Source: Bacillota bacterium (GTDB lineage Bacteria; Bacillota; Sulfobacillia; Sulfobacillales; JAIMBI01). From it: a stretch of 64,000 nucleotides of DNA. The stretch spans positions 5,128 to 69,127 of the forward strand of contig JAJYPH010000001.1 of NCBI GenBank assembly GCA_021795575.1. Direction: 5' to 3'. The notes beneath the pieces were generated by a model. It made no database searches and was not told the origin of the DNA. It was given only the letters and a program-made list of their open reading frames with translations. The translations under genes were made by a program, and so were the position numbers. The number at the start of each line of letters is the position of its first letter. Within the stretch, counting starts at the first letter, position 1. Shown one piece after another: positions 47,099-55,196 of the stretch.

Positions 47099-47207
47099 TC
47101 GTAGGCGGGTCTGGCTTGTCCCGGAATGCAAGAGGTCTTGGCGAGCGGCGGTCCGGAAGCGCTGCGAGGATGCTCCGGGTTCTATGGTGCCGCCGGCGGC
47201 CTATCCC

Positions 47208-47236
47208 TTGACACCCCCCGGTCTCGATGGTATTGT
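47208..47236 (+). promoter_or_regulatory. consensus-like promoter of the MFS gene
   Basis: -35 TTGACA (47208-47213), 17-nt spacer ending in TGg, -10 TATTGT (47231-47236). SD GAGGAGGAG (47275-47283) before GTG 47288. Confidence 0.6.
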
Positions 47237-47287
47237 GCAAATGCAACTTTATTGCGGTTATGTCGACCACCTGCGAGGAGGAGTGGC

Positions 47288-48508
47288 GTGCGCCCCACGC
47301 TGTTGAGACGTCCGCCCTACTCCGGCTTCTACGGCGCCACCGGCGTGATTTATGCGGCCGCCGGCATGTTCCGCATCGAGCTCGTCTGGATCCTGCTCCA
47401 AGCCACGGGGTCGGCCGTGGGTGTGGCCCTGGGACTGGTGGCCATGGAACTGCCGGTGCTCGTGGTGGGTATCCTGGGCCCCGAGCGGCTGGGGCAGGGC
47501 CACCGCCGCGTGGCGGCGCTGCCGCTCTATATGGGGGCCGCTCTGCTGCTGGCGGCTCTGGGGTTGCACCTGACCACTGGCGTGGTGCCGCTGCTCATCG
47601 CGCTCGGGCTACTGCAGGGCTGGTGGGACGGCATCCTGATCCCCGTCCTGCAGTCACGTCTCATGAGCTATCCCGATGACGCGCCGCGCACCCATCGGTC
47701 GGCCGGGTTTGAGGTGGCGTCCCGCGTCGGCACGATCGCCGGGCCGGTGCTGGCCGGGGTGCTGCTGGCCGGCCCCGGCCGCGCCGTGGCGCTCGCGGCC
47801 GCTGGCCTCCTCATGGCGACGGCCGCCGGGCTGTTGGTCAGCAATCGCCTGGTGAACGCGCCGGCCCCACCCCACCCCGAGGGGTCGCCCGCCGCGACCG
47901 ATCTGGCGGGCAGCATCGCCGCAGTCCGCGCCCGGCCCTGGCTCTCTCTGGCGCTGGGGGTGCGCGGGGTGTCAAACTTTCTCTGGCCCGCCTTTACCAT
48001 TGGGATTCCGCTGCTGGTCGTGAGCCCGTGGCACGCCGGTGCCGCCGGCTACGGCCTACTGCGGGCGCTGTGGGGCATCTCCACGGTGGGCGCCACCCTG
48101 GTGCTCACGACGCCCGCGATCCTGGCGCGCCTGCGGTCTATGTACTTTGTGTCCTGGGCCGTATCAGGCCTCGGGTTCCTCCTGCTGGCCGCCTCGCCCG
48201 CCTATGCCTGGGCCATCGGGGCGACGCTATTAGGTGGGACGGGCAGTCCGCTGGTGCATGTCGCGCTGGACAGCGAGATTGGCGAACACATCCCCCCCGC
48301 CCAGCAGGGACATGTCTTCGCCCTGCAGCGCCTCGTCATGTCCGCCCTGCTCCTGATCGGGCTCGGGGTGCTGGGGCCGGTGACGGCGGCGCTGGGGGCG
48401 GCCCACGTGCTGCTCGGCGCGGGCCTCGTCATGGTCGCGGCGGCCGCCATGGGCTTGGCCTGGCACCGCCGCCCGCGCACGTCCCGCGAGGCGGCGGGCG
48501 CGGCCTAA
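47288..48508 (+). CDS. MFS transporter
   Basis: About 12 hydrophobic segments. GTG 47288 is chosen from the SD and promoter positions; the track ORF starts at 47126, upstream of the promoter. Confidence 0.8.
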   Translation: MRPTLLRRPPYSGFYGATGVIYAAAGMFRIELVWILLQATGSAVGVALGLVAMELPVLVVGILGPERLGQGHRRVAALPLYMGAALLLAALGLHLTTGVVPLLIALGLLQGWWDGILIPVLQSRLMSYPDDAPRTHRSAGFEVASRVGTIAGPVLAGVLLAGPGRAVALAAAGLLMATAAGLLVSNRLVNAPAPPHPEGSPAATDLAGSIAAVRARPWLSLALGVRGVSNFLWPAFTIGIPLLVVSPWHAGAAGYGLLRALWGISTVGATLVLTTPAILARLRSMYFVSWAVSGLGFLLLAASPAYAWAIGATLLGGTGSPLVHVALDSEIGEHIPPAQQGHVFALQRLVMSALLLIGLGVLGPVTAALGAAHVLLGAGLVMVAAAAMGLAWHRRPRTSREAAGAA

Positions 48509-48521
48509 CCGACGTTGGCGA

Positions 48522-50240
48522 TCAGCCGGCGGTGCGTTGCAGGCGCACCGTCACGGTACGGGGCACGACGGCCGGTGAGGGAGCGTAGTCCAGGGTCAGC
48601 ACCAGTGTCCGCGTACCGGGTTGCCATCCCGCTTGGATCCCCTCCCACTGGACCTGAGACACCCGGTCCACCGGGGACAAGGCCGTTGTCAGGCGGGAAC
48701 CGACCGCCGCCGAGGCGGGACCGACCCGGAATGGCGGCCCCCAGCCTGTGTTCAGCATGCCCGCGGCGTCAGTCGCGAACGCGTACTGCAACTCTGCGGG
48801 CGTCTCGCCCGCGGGTGCCCCCACGATGTGAAGCTCGGCCCCCAGCGGCTGAAAAGGCCCATCCCAAATCGGGTTCACGAAATGAAATCCCAGTGGTTGG
48901 TAGAGGATGGGACTGGGCGGCTCGGTGACCCTTGCCCCTTGTGTGGCCCCGTGCACGCGCACGGTGACGGTGCCGCCGGGAAAGCTTCCGCGCCACACCA
49001 CGGCCCGGGTGATCGCCGCCGGGGTGGGGAACGGACCCAGCTGCACCAGACCGCGACGCGTGGCGAGATAGGAGAAGTGTCCCCCCACTTGGCGTGCGGT
49101 CACGCGCCCCACCGCCGCGCGCGCCAGCATGGATCCATCCCAGCTCACGGCCTCCACCTGGCCGCGCGCGATCCCCAGCACGGCGCCCGCCTGACTCATG
49201 AATCCCATGGGGGCCAGGTGGACCCCCGCAAACGCCCAACGGGCGGAGAGTGCCTCGCCCCAAGGCAGGAGCGCGAGCCCCGCTCGCGCGTCGCTCACCA
49301 GTCCCGCTGGTGTGACCAGGCCGGACAGGGTAGTCCGCGACGTTCCCGGAAACCAGGCGGACACTGGCATGGTGGGGCCGCTCTGGCCTCCGGACGTGAT
49401 GACAAACCCCACTCCGCCCACGGTAGGCGCGAGCTGTCCGCCAAAGTGTAGGAGGCGTCCCGCTGCCGGATCCGCCACGCTGACCACCAGACGCCCCCCT
49501 CGCGTGTAGAGGTTGAGGTGCGCCGTCGTGGGGCTCCAAGCGGCCACGTTCCAGGGGTCCCCCTGGGCCCCGGACGCGAGCGCCAGAGCACCACTTCCCC
49601 CGGCGAGCGGCCCCACGATACCCGACGTGCCCGCCCTGGCATCGTTGACGATCCAGGTGCTGGCCCGGTCGCTGGCCACCCACCAGCCGGCGGCCGCCGC
49701 GCGCAGAGTCACCGCCCGCGGCGCGGAAGCCGGCACCCGCGTTTTCTGCAGCGGCGGCCACAGGCGATGCTGCCCGACGATGCGGCCCCGCGCATTGACC
49801 ACCAGCAAGTTTACGTCCCCCGGCTGCTGAACCACCACGGCGGCGCCGCCGTACGCGCCGGCGGCGGCCGTCAGCACGCGGGTGTTTTGTGGCAGCCCCA
49901 GGGCCCAGGCCAACTGTCCCAAGCGACCGGCCACGTAGGATCGCACGCGGCGTCCGGAAAACATGACCAGCCGCCCCTGGCCCAACGAGAGACCACTGGC
50001 GGCCGTGAATCCCGTGGGCCAGGCCAGTCGCTCGACGCGGGGCGCGAGGGTGGTGACGGCCGCCGGCTTCAGGATGGAGGGCACAAGCATCAGCAGAGCC
50101 GCCACGGCCAGCGCGGCGGGCAGCAGCCACGGTCCCCGGACCCGCGGCCGGCGGCGGGGTTCAAGGATCCGCACCGGATCCTGCCAGGCCGGAAACTGAT
50201 GAAGCAGTTCGTCCCGCATCGTCTGCTGCAGCGGGGTCAT
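48522..50240 (-). CDS. single-pass membrane protein coupled to the ECF sigma factor (putative anti-sigma/sensor), large extracytoplasmic domain
   Basis: ATGA overlap with the sigma gene. About 45 cytoplasmic residues, a TM segment PWLLPAALAVAALLMLVPSIL, then about 500 residues with no motif I recognise. Confidence 0.65.
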   Translation of the reverse strand: MTPLQQTMRDELLHQFPAWQDPVRILEPRRRPRVRGPWLLPAALAVAALLMLVPSILKPAAVTTLAPRVERLAWPTGFTAASGLSLGQGRLVMFSGRRVRSYVAGRLGQLAWALGLPQNTRVLTAAAGAYGGAAVVVQQPGDVNLLVVNARGRIVGQHRLWPPLQKTRVPASAPRAVTLRAAAAGWWVASDRASTWIVNDARAGTSGIVGPLAGGSGALALASGAQGDPWNVAAWSPTTAHLNLYTRGGRLVVSVADPAAGRLLHFGGQLAPTVGGVGFVITSGGQSGPTMPVSAWFPGTSRTTLSGLVTPAGLVSDARAGLALLPWGEALSARWAFAGVHLAPMGFMSQAGAVLGIARGQVEAVSWDGSMLARAAVGRVTARQVGGHFSYLATRRGLVQLGPFPTPAAITRAVVWRGSFPGGTVTVRVHGATQGARVTEPPSPILYQPLGFHFVNPIWDGPFQPLGAELHIVGAPAGETPAELQYAFATDAAGMLNTGWGPPFRVGPASAAVGSRLTTALSPVDRVSQVQWEGIQAGWQPGTRTLVLTLDYAPSPAVVPRTVTVRLQRTAG

Positions 50241-50806
50241 GATTGACCTCCTTCATGTCCCTCATGTCCTTCAGGCGGCGGATCCGCGTCGGGCAGCGCG
50301 CCCGCACCGTCCTCCAGCAGTGCCTCACTCAACGCTTCCCGCAATAGGTGCCGCGCCCGATAGAGGCGCCTTTTCACCGTCCCGGTCGGGATGTGCAGCA
50401 TCTGGTGCACCTCGTCCACACTGAACCCCGCCCAGTAGTGCAGCAGCGCGACTTCGGCGAGCGGCTTGGGCAGCTGTCGCATGGCTACCACCACCGACCC
50501 CTCAGGCACCTCTTGTGGGGGCTGCGGAACGTCCCGGGTGGGCACGACCCGCCGCCACCAGGCTTGGCGCCGGGTGGCCCGAGCACCCCAGACCACGGCC
50601 TGCGACAGCCACGCCCGCGTCACCGGGTGCCCCCGCCGGATGTGCTGGTACGCCTGGTACAGGACGTCCTGCACGATTTCTTCGGCCGCCTGCCGATCCC
50701 CCACGAGCGACACGGCCAGCCCTAAGAACGCCAGGCCATGTTCATCCGCCAGTTGCTCGACGCGCTCGGCCGCCGGGTCGGGACGGTGGCCCTCCGATTT
50801 ATCCAC
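50237..50806 (-). CDS. ECF-subfamily RNA polymerase sigma factor
   Basis: Region 2 (AEEIVQDVLYQAYQHI) and region 4 HTH (SVDEVHQMLHIPTGTVKRRLYRARHLL). GTG start at 50806. Confidence 0.85.
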   Translation of the reverse strand: MDKSEGHRPDPAAERVEQLADEHGLAFLGLAVSLVGDRQAAEEIVQDVLYQAYQHIRRGHPVTRAWLSQAVVWGARATRRQAWWRRVVPTRDVPQPPQEVPEGSVVVAMRQLPKPLAEVALLHYWAGFSVDEVHQMLHIPTGTVKRRLYRARHLLREALSEALLEDGAGALPDADPPPEGHEGHEGGQS

Positions 50807-50952
50807 TTGCCACCTCTCATACGGATCAAAGGCGACTCGGGCCCCAAAGGTTCAGTCGCGCCCCTAGTTCTTGCACCGGCTCGTCCGCAGAGCGGGCGGC
50901 AAAAAGCCCACCCACGCGTTCTCCGACTCGCTTGACTATACTAAGGATCATG
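50719..50952. repeat. copy A of a 234-nt duplicated segment (sigma 5' end plus divergent promoter plus ATG)
   Basis: Aligns with 51640-51873 at a constant offset of 921 nt. Identity is roughly 75% by my manual alignment, with two compensating indels of about 10 nt. Includes cttgacTATACT, 7 nt, then ATG. Confidence 0.8.
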
Positions 50953-50997
50953 CGCGTCGGCCCCGACGTGTTGGCTTTCCTGCGTAACGAAGGCGCC

Positions 50998-51528
50998 TCA
51001 CCGCTGGGCGCCGCCGTTGCCGCGGGTGAGGCCCGTGTCTTCGAACAACCGCAGGAACAGCCCATGGGTCCCCAGGACGGCGAATCCCCGTGCGCCACAG
51101 GCCGGGAATCGCGGTGCTGTAGAGGCCACGCGGCTGAGGCCGACGGCCAGGGTGCCACCAGCCACCAAGGCCGCCGCGATCAGGGCCACCAGGTGCGGGC
51201 CACCCACGCGGTCGTGAGCGGCACGGGCGCCGGCCAGCGCGCCCGGAGCCGCCACACCCGGGGGTGGTTGCCCAACAGAGCGATGGCTCCGGCGAGGATC
51301 ACCTTGCGGAGCGAAGGCACAGACCCCGGGTTGGGATCCGTGAAGCGGGTCACGTGGCGAAACATCGCGCCAGGCGCCAGGCGCAACCCCCAGAGGTTCT
51401 GCGCCGTCGCCACGTAATGGGCTTCGTCGGACAGGGGGGGGTTGCCCGCGCCCACGAGGCACGTGGATCATCCGCCCGTGGGCGGTGGCGACCCGTTGGA
51501 GCCCGGTGACTTCGTGCACGAGGGCCAC
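50998..51528 (-). pseudogene. possible frameshifted remnant of a membrane-associated protein
   Basis: Protein-like text is split between two minus frames. One reads GNPPLSDEAHYVATAQNLWGLRLAPGAMFRHVTRFTDPNPG..ILAGAIALLGN (51180..51455). The other reads GPHLVALIAAALVAGGTLAVGL..GFAVLGTHGLFLRLFEDTG (frame of 50998..51528). Switch points lie near a C8 run (comp. 51434-51441) and about 51255. Confidence 0.3.
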
Positions 51529-51639
51529 CCCACCCCGGCGAATCGTCCGGGACTCCGCGGCGGCCGCCTACCGTCGCATCCGCTCGTTCAGCTGGGGAAG
51601 AGCGCCGTCCACCGCTCCGTCTGAGGTATGGAAGGGCGG

Positions 51640-51724
51640 GCCCTAAGAGCGCCAGGTCATGTTCATCCGCCAGCCGCTCGACGCGCTCGGCAGCCGGATT
51701 CGGACGGTGTCCCCTGATGGCCAC
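51640..51724 (-). pseudogene. truncated paralogue of the ECF sigma gene (first about 28 codons only)
   Basis: MAIRGHRPNPAAERVERLADEHDLALLG versus MDKSEGHRPDPAAERVEQLADEHGLAFLG in the intact gene. Homology stops at 51640 and the rest of the ORF is Arg/Gly/Pro filler. Confidence 0.7.
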
Positions 51725-51873
51725 CTTCCCTACGGGCTAAAGGGGATTCGGGCCGGACCCGTTCAGTCGCTCCACGATTTCTTGCACCGGTCCATCCCCC
51801 ACTCAGCGACGCGGGCCGCAAAGCCTCCCGGGAGACGCGTTCTGGGACTTTCTTGACTATACTGAGGACCATG
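51640..51873. repeat. copy B of the 234-nt duplicated segment
   Basis: See copy A. Here the promoter TATACT (51858-51863) and ATG 51871 serve the P-loop kinase gene. Confidence 0.8.
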
Positions 51874-52464
51874 AGCATTGGCCACGACTGGTCCCCATCC
51901 CTCGAGGAGATCGCCGGCCAGCTTCAGAGCCGCCCGGACGTCCTCACGGTGGTCGGCATCTCGGGCTACGGCGGCGCCGGCAAGTCCACCCTGGCGCAGC
52001 AACTGGGGATGCGCCTGGCCGCGCCCGTGGTGTCGATTGACGAGTTCGGCACGGCGGCGGTGTTCCAGCGGTCCACGGCATGGGACGGCTTTGACCGAGC
52101 TCGGCTCGTCCGGCAGGTGCTGGCGCCCCTTCGCGCGGGGGACCGCCAAGTACGCTACGACCGCTGTGATGACTGGGAGACATGGCTGACGGTGTCGACA
52201 CCGATCTCAGTCGATCGCTTCTTGGTGGTCGAAGGTGTCGGCGTGTTCCATCCCGATCTGCTGCCGTATTTGGACTATCGCCTGTGGATCGACATCCCGC
52301 TGGCCGAGGCCACCCGCCGCGGCATCGCGCGCGAGGCGGCGTTGGGCCGGGCCGTCCGCCCTCTCTGGGAAGCCACGTGGGAGCCCAATGAACGGGACTT
52401 TGCGGCCCGCTTTCATCCCCGCTCCACCGCCGATGCGATCGTTTACCCAGGGCGGCGCCCGTAG
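51871..52464 (+). CDS. P-loop kinase of the uridine kinase/PRK family
   Basis: Walker A GISGYGGAGKSTLAQQLG; 197 aa. The ATG sits 7 nt after TATACT, so the mRNA is probably leaderless. Confidence 0.75.
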   Translation: MSIGHDWSPSLEEIAGQLQSRPDVLTVVGISGYGGAGKSTLAQQLGMRLAAPVVSIDEFGTAAVFQRSTAWDGFDRARLVRQVLAPLRAGDRQVRYDRCDDWETWLTVSTPISVDRFLVVEGVGVFHPDLLPYLDYRLWIDIPLAEATRRGIAREAALGRAVRPLWEATWEPNERDFAARFHPRSTADAIVYPGRRP

Positions 52465-52610
52465 GACGCTCTTCGGTTTTCCGGTCGCGGGCGTCGGGCG
52501 TGGTCGTTGTGCTACCCTGGGTTGTTGCTTCGGATGTTCGGATGCTCGCCCCCATTCGCCCCCCAGGGTTCTTGTCGTGCCGTGGCCCTGCGAAACACGG
52601 GAGGTGCCGC

Positions 52611-53864
52611 GTGCCGGTGACCGCCGACCCCGCTGTGCGCCGGGTGCTGGCCCTCATGGCCGCCACGGCCGTAACGGGCATGGGGACCGGGCTGTTTTTG
52701 CTGACCGGCCCGTGGCTCATGTACAACCTTACCCATTCCGCCTTTTGGGTGGCGGCGCTGTCCGCCGTGGCCGGCCTCATGTTTTGGGCCGGTCCGCCGC
52801 TCGCGCATCTTGTGGACCGCTACGACCGGCGCCATGTGCAGGTCCTGGCGCTGGTGGTGCAGGCGCTGACGGCCCTCGGACTCGGCCTGGTTGTGGCGCG
52901 TCACGCCGCCACGGTCCCGATCGTGCTGACCGCCGAAGTGCTGCTGGGGGCCGGGTCCAATCTGGGGATGCTGTCCAACGCGTCCATCCGCAGCACCCTC
53001 ATCCCGCCTCATGCCCGCCTGACCTTGAACAGCTGGTGGTCGGTGGCCACGCTGCTGGTGCGCTATGGGGCCCCCGGCCTGGCCGGATTTCTCCTGGCGG
53101 CCGGCGGTGTGACGCTGGCCCTGGATCTGCAGGCGTTGGCCGCCGTGCCCCTCTTGGCCGCCACGCTGCTGTTGCCCCGCCAGGTCATCCGCCACGCCCC
53201 CGACCAGACCCCAGGCACCCTGCGCCAGGCGTTGGCCACGCTGCGCGCTGCCCGCGGGCTTTGGCTCTCGACCTGGGCGATGGCGTACTGGAACTGGACC
53301 TTTGCGGGGCTCATGGCGCTCCTGGTGTACTTCTACCGCAGCGACCTGCACTTCACTGCGGCCCAGGCGGGTCTGGCGGGGCTGGCGGCGGGCGTGCCGC
53401 CCGTGGGCTTTGCGCTCGCGGGGCCGTGGCTGCACCGGCGCTGGGGGCCGGGCCGGGTGCTGCTGGGCAGCATCGCGCTGTCCGGCGTCGCCATGGCGAG
53501 CCTGCCGGCGCTTTCTGGCCCCGAGTGGGTGGGAAGCGTCGTGGGCCTGGCCGACGGCCCCATCGGGCCGGTCCTGGCCAGCCTCGCCACCATGATGCAG
53601 CAGCGCATCCCCACCCACCAGTACGCCCGCGTCACCGCGCTGCGCCGCATGGTGTCGATGGGTGCCACCCCGACGGCCAGTGTGCTGGCGGGATGGGCGG
53701 CCGGCCAACTCGGGGCGCCGCCGGTGCTGGCGGGCTTTGGCGTGCTGACCGTGCTGGGGGCCGGCTGGGCAGCGTGGCAGGGACAGCTCTCCCGCGTGAC
53801 CCTCACGGGCGATATCGCCCCCCGGCTCCCGTCGCCATCCGCGACCGGGGTGGGCGAGGGATAG
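52611..53864 (+). CDS. MFS transporter
   Basis: 12 hydrophobic segments. GTG 52611 with GGAGG 6-7 nt upstream. The track ORF starts at 52500. Confidence 0.8.
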   Translation: MPVTADPAVRRVLALMAATAVTGMGTGLFLLTGPWLMYNLTHSAFWVAALSAVAGLMFWAGPPLAHLVDRYDRRHVQVLALVVQALTALGLGLVVARHAATVPIVLTAEVLLGAGSNLGMLSNASIRSTLIPPHARLTLNSWWSVATLLVRYGAPGLAGFLLAAGGVTLALDLQALAAVPLLAATLLLPRQVIRHAPDQTPGTLRQALATLRAARGLWLSTWAMAYWNWTFAGLMALLVYFYRSDLHFTAAQAGLAGLAAGVPPVGFALAGPWLHRRWGPGRVLLGSIALSGVAMASLPALSGPEWVGSVVGLADGPIGPVLASLATMMQQRIPTHQYARVTALRRMVSMGATPTASVLAGWAAGQLGAPPVLAGFGVLTVLGAGWAAWQGQLSRVTLTGDIAPRLPSPSATGVGEG

Positions 53865-53898
53865 CCGAGTGGCCAGCCGTTTGGCTCGGGTGTGAGTC

Positions 53899-54414
53899 AT
53901 GGGCTATCGTGAACGGAGAGGCGGCGCCGGCGGCCGCCCAAAGGAGCGTGACGACATCGACGACTCGCAGTTCCCCCATCGGCTCCGCCTGCGGGTGCGG
54001 TTTGCCGAGACCGATGCCAACCGGCATGTGAGCCAGGTGAGCTACCTGATTTACTTCGAGGAAGCGCGCACCGCGCTCATGGCCGAGCACGTGCCGACGT
54101 TTGACTGGTTCACCGGCGACCACACGCTGGTGCTGGTGCGCCAGTGGATCGACTATCTGGCGCCGGCGCACTTTCCCGACCGCCTCGACGTGTGGTCCTG
54201 CGCGGTGACGCTGGGCACCAGCTCCATTCGCCTCGCGCATGCCATCACCCGGGACGACGCCGGCGGGACCACCCGGATTGCTCAGGGAGAATCCACCATG
54301 GTGCTGGTGGATGCGGCGCGGGGCACCAGCAAGCCTTGGCCCGAGCTGGTCCGCGCCGACTGGACCCGCCTGCTGCGGCCGAAGTTGGCGCCGGCCTTTG
54401 ACCGGGTGCGCTAG
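53899..54414 (+). CDS. 4HBT/YbgC-type acyl-CoA thioesterase
   Basis: Hot-dog fold signature RVRFAETDANRHVSQVSYLIYFEEAR; 171 aa. The stop overlaps the convergent downstream gene by 4 nt. Confidence 0.8.
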   Translation: MGYRERRGGAGGRPKERDDIDDSQFPHRLRLRVRFAETDANRHVSQVSYLIYFEEARTALMAEHVPTFDWFTGDHTLVLVRQWIDYLAPAHFPDRLDVWSCAVTLGTSSIRLAHAITRDDAGGTTRIAQGESTMVLVDAARGTSKPWPELVRADWTRLLRPKLAPAFDRVR

Positions 54415-54764
54415 GCCGGCCGCCACAGGAGCCACACCCCCAGCACAATCACGACACTGCCGGCCACGCGCGTCCAGCTCCACGGTTCGCGCAGCACGAG
54501 CACGCCGACGAGGACGATGAGCACGTAGGACAGGCTGAGCGTGGGGTACGCCACCGCCAGCGGCAGTCGCTTTAAGAGCAGCAGCCAGGTCACGAGACTG
54601 ACCACGTACGCGGCCAGCCCCAACAAAATCTCCGGGTTGGTGATGATGGCCACCCACTGGGACAGCGCCAGCGTCACCCGGCCGGTGCCCGCCTTCAGCA
54701 GGTACTGGCCCACGACGTTCAGGGCAATGGTAATGGCGAACAGGACCGGAATGGAGCTGGTCAC
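54411..54764 (-). CDS. small 4-TM DMT/SMR-superfamily protein, ArnE/ArnF-like (undecaprenyl-phosphate-sugar flippase subunit type)
   Basis: 117 aa. NVVGQYLLKAG in TM1 has no SMR Glu. LPLAVAYPTLSLSYVLIVLVGVLVLREPWS resembles ArnE. GTG start at 54764. Confidence 0.65.
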   Translation of the reverse strand: MTSSIPVLFAITIALNVVGQYLLKAGTGRVTLALSQWVAIITNPEILLGLAAYVVSLVTWLLLLKRLPLAVAYPTLSLSYVLIVLVGVLVLREPWSWTRVAGSVVIVLGVWLLWRPA

Positions 54765-55196
54765 GTGGGGCTCATCCCGGTCGCCCCAGGCCCCGGGGGC
54801 CTTTTGGGTTCAGCGTTTCGTCGTGTTGCATCCGTCGCCAGACACCTCCTGCATTCCGCGGGCCGCGCTGCTGGCCCGTCTGTCGTTCATGCGCCTGCCC
54901 TGCGACGCAAGAGTCCGTCAAGACCAAACGCCATTCGCACGTCGTCCGTTGCACGACACCCATTCGCCGTGCGCGGTTGACCTCCTGCTGCACGGGCGTG
55001 CGCCCGCTCCCCCTCATCCTGGCTGTCGGGAGACGCCAGCGCTCCTGCTCATCCGACCGGGGGATTGGGGGCCATCCGGTCCCCGCGAAATGGGAACGAG
55101 CGGCGACTGTTCCGTGGGTCGCCCCGTTGCTAGCGTGAGTTTGTGCGCCCGGCACGGCCGGCCGCGACGAGAGTTGGAGAAGGGGCGGGGGGCGGA

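Noticed and set aside
50950-51417. 156-codon plus-strand ORF starting at the copy-A promoter ATG
   Set aside because: After about 35 residues the product becomes Arg/Gly/His-rich filler. Its high GC3 is equally explained by the minus-strand frame 51180..51455, which shares third positions and reads far more protein-like. The promoter and ATG are kept only as part of the duplication finding.
54765-54900. Guanidine riboswitch (ykkC, mini-ykkC, ykkC-III) upstream of the small SMR-like gene
   Set aside because: The leader has no paired ACGR-loop hairpins or GGGA/ACGAGG cores. The protein lacks the SMR TM1 glutamate and looks ArnE-like rather than Gdx/SugE-like.
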